Positions 1 to 8,209 of a stretch of 15,670 nucleotides of DNA are shown here, one piece after another (within the stretch, counting starts at the first letter, position 1; every line of letters starts with the position of its first letter). The translations under genes and the position numbers were made by a program. The stretch spans positions 1 to 15,670 of the forward strand of contig JBFXGD010000074.1 in the NCBI GenBank assembly GCA_050178385.1, in the 5' to 3' direction. The DNA is from Calditrichaceae bacterium. Its GTDB lineage: Bacteria; Calditrichota; Calditrichia; Calditrichales; JBFXGD01. Below the pieces are notes generated by a model, which made no database searches, was not told the DNA's origin, and saw only the letters and a list, made by a program, of their open reading frames with translations.

Positions 1-1387
1 GCGGGATATGCCATTCAGTCATCTCTGAAGTCTCATCAACATGTGTGGATAAATGAACAGAATGTTTAACTTTTTTCAGAAGTGACTTGAAATCAAAATC
101 AGAAGGCGCGTCAAATACAGGATTTCCGCCAAAGACAATCAGTGCATCGATCTCACCCGCGGTTACTTTATCCGTGACTCTTTTAAAAGATTCAAAAGAC
201 GGAACCGATGCATCTTTCAATTCATGATAAGTAACTGCATTGCCGGCACTACCCAGAGCGTAATTAAGAGCGTAAACAATGGAATGAACGATCGCGGGCT
301 GACGCCTTCCGGCTACGATCAGGCTCTGCTTATTGTTTTTCAAAAGATCCTTCGCGAGCGCGTTGATCCATTTGCGGTCAAATTTCCGGGTAATGTCTGC
401 GGCACCGGCAAACGGCAAATCAATCTTCAGTCCCAGCCTGTTTAATTCTTCCGCGACAGCCATGGTAAACGCCGGTATCAATGAACTCTGAAGCCGCAAA
501 CGATGATCCGCCATACCTCCCGTCACCGTAAACACGGATTCAGCCACATAGAGACGATTCATACCATCCTTTTCCGATTCGACCCGTCTCCCCGCCGCAA
601 ACCCCTTATTCGCTTTAATGCTTTCATTTTCCATCAGAAGAAAATCCGCATCCAGTGAGAGAATTACTTTTGCTCTTTCAAAATGATACACAGGGCGGAC
701 TGTCTTCCCAGACGCCATCCTGATGCCATTAAAAATATTTTCATCGCTGACCGGCTCGTAAACGGCCCATTCGGCTTCTGGAAACTTCTGAATAAATTTC
801 TCATACAACCCGTAAATCGACGGTGAAGAAAACGCGCCTGAAACAATCGCAAGCCCTTTTCCCCCTGTCGCCAAAAACGCCGGATACATCTCACGCCAGA
901 AAGCGACAAACTCTGTCCACTCCTTTTCAACGCCTTTCATACGAACCGACTGCGAACGATCCGGATCATATAAATTCAGCATCTCTGATTGAATAAAAGC
1001 ATTCGAACTTCCCAGACTCGACGGATGTTTTTTATTGCCTTCGATTTTTGTGGGGCGGCCTTCATGATTTTCCACAACCAAACCATACGAATTCAGGCCA
1101 AACGGCATCGTTGTGGCATAATGCATCGGGATACCGGGGACAATATTTTCCGGCGCGATTACATATGGCACAATTTTCTCTACAGGCCGGCGGCATCCCG
1201 CAAGACCTGCGAAGGCGATTGACGCTCCCATAAGAGTCAAAAACTTTCGCCTTGAAACAGGACTTATCATCTCCGAAGCATTTTCGGGAAATTCCCGGTG
1301 TAAAAATTCTTGAAATTCCGGCGTCTCGGCCAACTGATCAAGACTGCGCCAGTATTCTTTTCCTTTTATATTCACGTCTTTTTTCAT
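1..1387 (-). CDS. actB: Alternative Complex III subunit ActB (Tat-variant-translocated molybdopterin oxidoreductase-like / Fe-S protein), 5' portion; continues beyond the left edge of the window
   Basis: Not in the ORF track because there is no stop inside the window. Manual translation from ATG 1387 (ATGA overlap with the actA stop): MKKDVNIKGKEYWRSLDQLAETPEFQEFLHREFPENASEMISPVSRRKFLTLMGASIAFAGLAGCRRPVEKIVPYV...ENHEGRPTKIEGNKKHPSS...LYDPDRS. This shows the YWRSL N-extension, the SRRKFL twin-arginine motif, an LAGC lipobox and the GRPTKIEGN motif typical of ActB. The same frame still reads protein-like at the window edge (..HLSTHVDETSEMTEWHIP). It lies directly downstream of actA. Confidence 0.93.
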   Translation of the reverse strand, partial: MKKDVNIKGKEYWRSLDQLAETPEFQEFLHREFPENASEMISPVSRRKFLTLMGASIAFAGLAGCRRPVEKIVPYVIAPENIVPGIPMHYATTMPFGLNSYGLVVENHEGRPTKIEGNKKHPSSLGSSNAFIQSEMLNLYDPDRSQSVRMKGVEKEWTEFVAFWREMYPAFLATGGKGLAIVSGAFSSPSIYGLYEKFIQKFPEAEWAVYEPVSDENIFNGIRMASGKTVRPVYHFERAKVILSLDADFLLMENESIKANKGFAAGRRVESEKDGMNRLYVAESVFTVTGGMADHRLRLQSSLIPAFTMAVAEELNRLGLKIDLPFAGAADITRKFDRKWINALAKDLLKNNKQSLIVAGRRQPAIVHSIVYALNYALGSAGNAVTYHELKDASVPSFESFKRVTDKVTAGEIDALIVFGGNPVFDAPSDFDFKSLLKKVKHSVHLSTHVDETSEMTEWHIP

Positions 1388-2031
1388 CTGTGACATCCCG
1401 AACAATCTACTGGTGGTTTAATTTTTTTCTCATCAATTACTCTTCTGGCAAATTCAAACTGGTTTGCCGGAGGCTTCCAGTTCATTTTTGTGATATCGCT
1501 GTGAGGCCGTATAAATGGCTCCGGGTTTCTGTGACAGTCAATACACCAACTCATACTGAGCGGCTCTTTCTGCTCAACAACTTCCATTGCCGCAACATTA
1601 CCATGGCAGCTTTCACAACCAATTCCTGCCCTGACATGAGCATTGTGCTTGAAATAGGCAAAATCGGGGAGATTATGAACGCGCACCCACTGAATGGGAT
1701 CACCGGTTGACCAGCTTTCGCGAACCGGCAGCAGCTTTTCACTTTCCGTTCGGATAAGTGTATGACAGTTCATACAAGTTTGTGTGGGCGGTATAATCGC
1801 TTCTTCTGAGATTTCTACCGAAGTATGACAATAGCGGCAATCCATCCCCAGATCACCCGCGTGCAGCTTATGACTATATTCAACAGGTTGAACCGGACGA
1901 TAGCCGACATCTGTATATTTGGGCGAGCCATAATACCAGAAAAATCCAACCGTTGCCAATCCACCAAAAATGACTCCGATGACGATATAGAGCGGAAGTT
2001 TATTTGTCCATTTTGGAAAAATTTGAGCCAA
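1384..2031 (-). CDS. actA: Alternative Complex III pentaheme cytochrome c subunit ActA
   Basis: One N-terminal TM helix and five CxxCH motifs (CRYCH, CMNCH, CESCH, CIDCH, CSGCH), plus PVQPVEYSHKLHAG, WVRVHNLPDF and LSMSWC motifs characteristic of ActA. I prefer the TTG at 2031 (MAQIFPKW) over 2037 because AAGGAG lies 6 nt upstream of 2031 but directly abuts 2037. Confidence 0.93.
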   Translation of the reverse strand: MAQIFPKWTNKLPLYIVIGVIFGGLATVGFFWYYGSPKYTDVGYRPVQPVEYSHKLHAGDLGMDCRYCHTSVEISEEAIIPPTQTCMNCHTLIRTESEKLLPVRESWSTGDPIQWVRVHNLPDFAYFKHNAHVRAGIGCESCHGNVAAMEVVEQKEPLSMSWCIDCHRNPEPFIRPHSDITKMNWKPPANQFEFARRVIDEKKIKPPVDCSGCHR

Positions 2032-2135
2032 ACCCAACTCCTTTTCTAATATTTCTTTACACTAACCGTGTTATGTTTAATTCCTGCTCTACTGAATCAG
2101 ACGATCTGTAATTCAGATTCAATCCCGAAACAATC

Positions 2136-2999
2136 CTAAATCAATCCATCCACGATAATCGCAAGAAAAAGTCCGAACAGATATACTATTGAATATCCAA
2201 ATAGCCCCTTGACCAGGCTTTCTGACCTTGATCTTTTGGCATTGATGGATTTTTTTATAAATAAAACACCCAAAACAATAGCAACAATCGCATATAGCAA
2301 ACCGGCAGCTTTGGAAAAATATAAAGTCAGACTAACAGCGAGAAGTACCCAGGAATACATTACAATCCACCTGAACGTTTCAGTATCACCCTTAACAACA
2401 GGCATCATGGGCAGTTCTGCAACCCTGTAGTCATCCTTATATACCAGGGCAAGCGCCCAAAAATGAGGCGGGGTCCAAAAGAAAATAATGAGGAATAATA
2501 TCCAAGGATCAATGGCCATCGATCCTGTTGCGGCAACCCAGGCGCCAACGGGAGCCATCGCTCCGGCTGCGCCGCCAATAACAATGTTTTGAGGTGTATT
2601 GGGTTTCAGTAACAACGTATAAAACAAACTGTAAAACAAGATTGTAAACAATGATAATGCCGCGCTGAACCAATTAAAAAATATACCAAATATTAAAATA
2701 CCTGTCACAGCTATGACAATTGAAAATATTAAGGCGTTTTTTGAGGGGATTTTATTCCTGGGAAGCGGACGACGCCCCGATGTTCGGGTCATTTTTGCAT
2801 CAATATCACGTTCAAAATACTGATTGAGCGCATTGGCAGCCCCACCGGTGAGGTACAAAGCAATCAGAACTAGAAAAAAACCTGCGGGATCCCGCAGAAG
2901 ACTGCCCTCCATCACTAAAGCCGTGGCCCCAGTGATGACCACAAGCAACATAATGGTTGGCTTTGTAAGCTGAAAGTACGCTGAGATTTTGGATTTCAT
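2136..2999 (-). CDS. ctaB: Protoheme IX farnesyltransferase (heme o synthase, CtaB/CyoE)
   Basis: YFQLTKP N-terminus, NQYFERDIDAKMTRTSGRRPLP aspartate-rich UbiA motif, NIVIGGAAGA, FFWTPPHFWALA and DYRVAELPMMPVVKG; multiple TM helices. Confidence 0.96.
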   Translation of the reverse strand: MKSKISAYFQLTKPTIMLLVVITGATALVMEGSLLRDPAGFFLVLIALYLTGGAANALNQYFERDIDAKMTRTSGRRPLPRNKIPSKNALIFSIVIAVTGILIFGIFFNWFSAALSLFTILFYSLFYTLLLKPNTPQNIVIGGAAGAMAPVGAWVAATGSMAIDPWILFLIIFFWTPPHFWALALVYKDDYRVAELPMMPVVKGDTETFRWIVMYSWVLLAVSLTLYFSKAAGLLYAIVAIVLGVLFIKKSINAKRSRSESLVKGLFGYSIVYLFGLFLAIIVDGLI

Positions 3000-3244
3000 T
3001 TAACAATTTTGCCTGATAGTGTTTATTAACCGCTCAATAAAAACAATTCCGTTTCCATCGCTGACCCAGGGATAGCTTAAACTTGTACAATGCCCCATGA
3101 ATCAAGACATCACTCAGAACAAATCGCTTTTTGTTAATATTCCCGCCGATCCGTTTTTTTTTGTCTGTTTTCACAGTTTTCTTAAATCTTCCGGTAACTT
3201 TTTAAAGATTTTAGCATCAGGGTGGGTCTTTTAATAATATGAAG

Positions 3245-3273
3245 AAAAAAAAAGCCGGCAAATCGCCGGCTTT
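3245..3273 (-). terminator. Rho-independent terminator downstream of pfp
   Basis: On the - strand: AAAGCCGGC-GATTT-GCCGGC followed by a run of 9 T, about 25 nt after the pfp stop codon. Confidence 0.88.
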
Positions 3274-3298
3274 ATATAATAAATCAAAACTCTTAATT

Positions 3299-4618
3299 TT
3301 ATTTCTTTACAGATTTCTTCGCGGGTTCTTCTGTTTTTTTGATTTCATCGTCCGGATGAATTTCAGTAAGTCCTTCATCTAACAAATAATGAAAATTTTT
3401 CTGGAATTCACCGGCGGATACGTTTGCCGTCGCCGCGTATTTCGCCAGTTCATGAGGATCATCAAAATCTTCAGTCTTTAGTCTGATCATATACCGGTGC
3501 GCCACATGATATGATTCAGAATCAATATCAACCATTCTCACCTTCATCTTTTTTGTTTGTGGATCAATGATATCCTTAAAATACAAAGGTACAAAGCGGT
3601 TGTTCTGGATCGAAATCAGCGCGCCGTTACCGCCGTCATACAAAAATTTCGACGCCATGAAACCCAGATCCCGGCAATATTCCATATCAAACGGAATCGG
3701 ATCGGCGCATCGTAATTCATAACCAATGTTTTTGGCGACGATCGTTGTTTTTAACTTGAACTGCTTCAATCGTTCCTGAACATGATACTTTAAAATCTCG
3801 CCAAAACTGATCTCCGCGAATCTCAGATTATCATGAGCGTCACGTTCAATATTCAGTATTTTGCTGAATGCCGCCGGATCAAGTTTTTCAAGCAGACCTT
3901 CCGCCAATATGGCAACACCGTCTGTCCGGCCATAACTCAGACGCTTTATGATCGCGCCGACGAGTATATCCACCAATTGTTGCAGCTGAATATTTTTATT
4001 TCCAAACTCTTCCGGAATAATTGTCAGTGTCGCGCCGGCCGCTTTTCCGATACCAAGCGCCAGGTGCCCCGCCTTGCGGCCCATCGTAACCACAAAATAC
4101 CAGCGGGAAGTCGTTTTGGCATCCGTCATAATATTTTTAACGATTTCAACACCGAGATGCCGCGCCGTCTGAAAACCGAACGTGGGAATACCATGCGGAA
4201 GGTCAAGATCATTATCAATTGTTTTGGGAACATGAGCAACCCGAATTCTGCCGTTAGCGACCTGTTCCACACGATAGGCGGAATACGCCGTGTCATCACC
4301 GCCAATGGTGATCAGCTGATCCACATTCAACCTGAGCAAGGAGGAAACCGTGTTTTCCAGAAATTTTGGGTCTTTGGTCGGGTTTTCTCGGGCAATACCG
4401 ATATACGACCCTCCGCGGAAATGGATGCGGCTTGTATCATCTATTGTTAAAGGTTCGATATGCGAGATATCACCCTGCATAATCCATTTAAAGCCATCTT
4501 TTATACCAATTACGTCACCGCCCGAAAGTATAGCTCTGATTGTCGCCGCGCCTATAACGCTGTTTATTCCTGGTGCCGGTCCGCCGCCCACAAGTATAGC
4601 TGTTCTTTTAGGATGCAT
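3299..4618 (-). CDS. pfp: Pyrophosphate-dependent phosphofructokinase (diphosphate--fructose-6-phosphate 1-phosphotransferase)
   Basis: GGGPAPGINSVI, GGDD (the Asp that specifies PPi), PKTIDND (Lys typical of PPi-PFKs), MGR and GYELRCADP motifs. Shine-Dalgarno-like AGGGGG lies upstream of the ATG. Confidence 0.93.
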   Translation of the reverse strand: MHPKRTAILVGGGPAPGINSVIGAATIRAILSGGDVIGIKDGFKWIMQGDISHIEPLTIDDTSRIHFRGGSYIGIARENPTKDPKFLENTVSSLLRLNVDQLITIGGDDTAYSAYRVEQVANGRIRVAHVPKTIDNDLDLPHGIPTFGFQTARHLGVEIVKNIMTDAKTTSRWYFVVTMGRKAGHLALGIGKAAGATLTIIPEEFGNKNIQLQQLVDILVGAIIKRLSYGRTDGVAILAEGLLEKLDPAAFSKILNIERDAHDNLRFAEISFGEILKYHVQERLKQFKLKTTIVAKNIGYELRCADPIPFDMEYCRDLGFMASKFLYDGGNGALISIQNNRFVPLYFKDIIDPQTKKMKVRMVDIDSESYHVAHRYMIRLKTEDFDDPHELAKYAATANVSAGEFQKNFHYLLDEGLTEIHPDDEIKKTEEPAKKSVKK

Positions 4619-4835
4619 TAACTACCCCCTGAAACTTCATATTTTCCGTTTAAAAAAGAGGCAATATACAAAGACAAACCAATTCCTGCAAGTACACATT
4701 TTTGAGTATTTTATTATTTAATTGGATAATTATACCATCGCTCGGGTATTTGCCTCACGGTGATTTAGATCAAATTATTTGGATAAATTTCTTTTAATAT
4801 TTACACTGGTGGTCAACCTTCGGTATATTAAAGGC

Positions 4836-4851
4836 ATAACAATATTGTTAT
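4836..4851. promoter_or_regulatory. Perfect 16-bp palindrome, candidate transcription-factor operator in the divergent pfp / SMC-like intergenic region
   Basis: ATAACAATATTGTTAT is its own reverse complement and lies in the ~370-bp gap between divergently transcribed genes. It is AT-rich, so chance occurrence is not excluded. Confidence 0.4.
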
Positions 4852-4987
4852 ATCAAATTTATCGCACGGTTATTCATTCCCCGCATATGAACGATTGTAC
4901 CGGATAAGACACTGTTTACCTCCCGGAAGAGATTATAGTTAGACGCTCATTTAATTTCAGTTCTTTTATCGACCCGGATTATATTTT

Positions 4988-6760
4988 ATGAAAATTAACA
5001 CAGTATATTTATCAGGATTTAAATATTTCGAAAAGAATGCCAAATTCGAATTTTTTAATAACGCTGACACTCAACATCTGAACATAACCGGAGAAAAAAA
5101 GGATTTTCTTTTTGAAGCGATTCTTGGGATTCTTTTCGGCTTCAAAAACTCTGAGAAAGAAGGGATTAAAAATACGGTGTCCGATGATAATTTCAGCGGA
5201 ATGCTTATACTGAAATTTGACAACCGTTTTTTTCATATCGAAAGAGATATAAATAATGACTTTGTATCATTTGTAATCAAAAATGAAAAAAATGTTAAAA
5301 TTATCTTTCAGGGTAAAGATATCTATTCAGAATTATCTGAACGGCCTTATCTGAAAGTTTTAAGTTCACTGTTTCCGATCACAGACAGACAATCAATCAA
5401 AAGTTTATGCTATGAATTTGATTCGGGGGATGATTCCAAATTAATCAATCTCATCGAAGCGTTGCATCTTCTGATTACGCCATGGTTAAAATTTGCAGGC
5501 ACTAAAAGACTGATGCTCAACTAATATGAACTCATACGATCGGTTCCAAGAACAGAGAATAGGGACTCCATCCTGTTAAAAAAATTTTTAAAAATCATGA
5601 GTTTTAAAAGCAGGTTAACACAGCTTATGAAACTCGATACAACGCTCAATGAAATCACAAACGACATAAAAAAATTCCGCATACTTCACGAATCGTTTGA
5701 ATCTAAAATTTCAGTCTCAGGCAGGGCGGCGGAAATTCTTAAACAAAATTATCCGCTACTCATTCAATTCGACTCGGTAAAGCTGAAAGAATCTGTTTTA
5801 TCCTGGAAAGAACTGCTGACAGAGAAGCAGGTCATCGAAACTGAACTCCATAAACTGAGACAAAAAAAGGCGCTTATAAACAGAAATATTGATGATAAAC
5901 TCTTACTTTACAAGAACTTACTACCAACATTCAAATCGGATATTGATGAATTCAAAGAGCTGAATATTCAGTTGGAATTAAAGAAGAAACGCCTTTCAGG
6001 CATGAAACTGGAAATCATAATTCTGAAAGCGGCGCTTAAGGAAAGGTACCGGAGAAAATGGTATCTCATCGTTCTCATCCCCGTCATTTTCTTCTTCATT
6101 TTTTATTATCTGTTTAGACAGATGTGGATTCTTATCATTCCGGAAACAATCATTTTGGCAGGTGTCATAATATTTTGGATCGGTCACCTGAAAACAAAAA
6201 TTAAAAAACAGATAAAGTGGGTGAATGAAGAGGCGCACAGACTACAAAAGGATATTCACGATACCGAATCCAAACTGTTAAAACTAAAACAGAAATCTTT
6301 TCTGTTCGAAAATCCACAGTATCTTGATACTCATATTGAACGTTTCAAAAAGTACAGACAGATGGTGGATCAATTGAATACACTGGAACTCAAGGAAAAT
6401 AATATTCTGAAGATGCTTCAGGACGGGATGTATTTGAATCAGTTGCCCGCCTACCAAAAAATGTATTCGAACAACATTGACATCACCCGACCTGATTTAG
6501 AAAAATATCTTGAAGATTTTGTCGTTTTACAAAAACAGCAATCTCTCCCTGCCTCACCGGAAACCCCGTTAAAAGTGAAACAGGAAGTTCGTATCATTAT
6601 TAGAAATTATCTGAAGCTCCGCACTGATCTATTAAAAATGCGGACGACTTATCTGAAAAGTTTACATATGATATACAAACCGGATAAATGGCCGAAACTG
6701 ATTAACAGGGTCGACGAAATAATCGAAAACTTGGAAACCCGGCTCTCACTTGAAAAATAA
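4988..6760 (+). pseudogene. Interrupted (single in-frame TAA at 5522-5524) SMC/Rad50/YhaN-like membrane-anchored coiled-coil protein with a degenerate Walker A; alternatively two separate CDSs, 4988..5524 and 5597..6760
   Basis: The two track ORFs are in the same frame, and the 24 codons between them are open (YELIRSVPRTENRDSILLKKFLKI). The N-terminus MKINTVYLSGFKYF...ITGEKKDFLFEAILGILFG...FHIERD resembles the SbcC/Rad50/YhaN N-terminal ATPase half. The downstream part is Leu/Lys/Glu/Gln-rich heptad coiled coil with a two-helix hydrophobic segment (WYLIVLIPVIFFFIFYYLF..MWILIIPETIILAGVIIFWIG). There is no SD before ATG 5597. Confidence 0.62.
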
Positions 6761-6836
6761 TGCGCCTGACCGGCCAAAAGTAAAATACATACTGGAATTT
6801 ATTGATGCTAATCGACCGTCATTTTAGGATAAATTT

Positions 6837-8207
6837 TTACTCGTCTTGTATCATTTCAAGGCTGATTTGGAGCTTCCTTAGTTTATCTTCAAGTAATTTC
6901 CGGCTGATTTGTACATCTTTTGCCACAAGGTCAAGATCCCAATTATTTATATGAAGTCGGTTCAATAAATATAACTTTTCGAATTCTCCCATGGCTTTTT
7001 GATAAGAATCACTGGAAATAACCACATCATTCGTCTTATCCATTTGAATGGCTGTTGCCGCGGTTCCGTAATCAATTATATTCGAATTACTGAAAAGCAC
7101 CATTCTAAAAACAGCCGATTTTAATTGCCTTACATTTCCCTTCCATGGTTGAATCTTGATTAATTCCAGGGCCTGATCGCTGAAGTGTGTAATAGTTTTA
7201 CCATATTTTTCACAGCCGCGGCGCAGGTAAAATTCCGCTAACAGCGGAATATCCTCCACTCTCTCACGGAGCGGCGGTATATTTATCGAGAACGCGTTCA
7301 ATCTATAAAAAAGGTCATCCCGGAACCGACCTGATTTTACTTCATTTGTCAAAATTTTATTTGTTGCAGCTATTATCCGCACTCTGGATTGAATTGTGTC
7401 GGTACCGCCAACCCGCTGATACTCGCCATCGTTTAAAAATTTTAATAATTTCCCCTGCGCTTCAAGCGGCAGTTCAGCAATTTCATCAAGGAATAATGTT
7501 CCGTTGTTAGCCTCGGCGATTAGACCTTCTTTTCTCGTGGTCGCCCCGGTAAATGCCCCCTTCTCGTACCCAAACAAGACAGACTCGACCAGCGTCATCG
7601 GAATGGATGCACAATTAACCGACACAAAAGAATGCGTTTCCCTAATGCTGTGATAATGAATGATTCTTGCCAGTAAATCCTTTCCCACGCCGCTTTCACC
7701 CATAAGCAATACTTTCGTATCTGTCGGAGCGATGGTTTTAATATCCTGATATACTTTGCGAATTTCTTTGCTTTTTCCTATTAGTGTAAACTGCTTACTT
7801 AATTCTTTAAATAACGCTTCACTTAACAGGGTAAGTTCGTTCTTCTCAATCGCCCTGTTGATGGTCAATGTCAGACGATCGATATCTACCGGTTTTTCAA
7901 GAAAATCATATGCGCCCATCTTTGTCGCATCGACGGCAGTCCTTATAGTTGATGCACCGGATACCATAATAACCGGTATGTTTGGTTTCACTTCCACAAT
8001 TTTCTTAAGGATATCAAGCCCGTTTAGTTCCTGATTTAGCACGACATCCGCCAGAATTGCATTCCAGTTGTTGGTAATCGCTTCATTCAAACCCTTTTCG
8101 GCATCTGTGTGATATTTTAATTCCATTCCCCGAAGCGCAAGCGTCTTTTGCACCTGGATACAATAAGCTTCATTGTCATCAATCAGTAAAACCTTTTTTA
8201 TCTCCAT
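6837..8207 (-). CDS. Sigma54-dependent response regulator (NtrC/AtoC family: REC + AAA+ + Fis-like HTH)
   Basis: Receiver domain with LLIDD, phospho-Asp (ILAD), VSG and EKP. AAA+ domain with Walker A GESGVGKD, GAFTGA, Walker B TLFLDEI, RIIAATN, FRDDLFYRL and GNVRQL. C-terminal HTH-like segment. Confidence 0.95.
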   Translation of the reverse strand: MEIKKVLLIDDNEAYCIQVQKTLALRGMELKYHTDAEKGLNEAITNNWNAILADVVLNQELNGLDILKKIVEVKPNIPVIMVSGASTIRTAVDATKMGAYDFLEKPVDIDRLTLTINRAIEKNELTLLSEALFKELSKQFTLIGKSKEIRKVYQDIKTIAPTDTKVLLMGESGVGKDLLARIIHYHSIRETHSFVSVNCASIPMTLVESVLFGYEKGAFTGATTRKEGLIAEANNGTLFLDEIAELPLEAQGKLLKFLNDGEYQRVGGTDTIQSRVRIIAATNKILTNEVKSGRFRDDLFYRLNAFSINIPPLRERVEDIPLLAEFYLRRGCEKYGKTITHFSDQALELIKIQPWKGNVRQLKSAVFRMVLFSNSNIIDYGTAATAIQMDKTNDVVISSDSYQKAMGEFEKLYLLNRLHINNWDLDLVAKDVQISRKLLEDKLRKLQISLEMIQDE

Positions 8208-8209
8208 TC

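Noticed and set aside
224..2049. Track ORFs 224..445, 664..930, 989..1222, 1048..1233, 1252..1710, 1551..1742 and 1825..2049
   Set aside because: Antisense or out-of-frame shadows of actB/actA with no recognisable motifs.
3150..3211. T10 homopolymer and AAATCTT-N14-AAGATTT inverted repeat upstream of ctaB
   Set aside because: No GC hairpin precedes the T run, and the AT-only arms are expected by chance.
3833..4721. + strand ORFs of 205 aa and 123 aa
   Set aside because: Antisense to the well-supported pfp gene, with no protein-like features.
5522..5524. Stop-codon recoding (Sec/Pyl or alternative genetic code) as the explanation for the split gene
   Set aside because: The codon is TAA, not TGA or TAG. 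TAA terminates several other genes in the window, and no SECIS-like hairpin follows.
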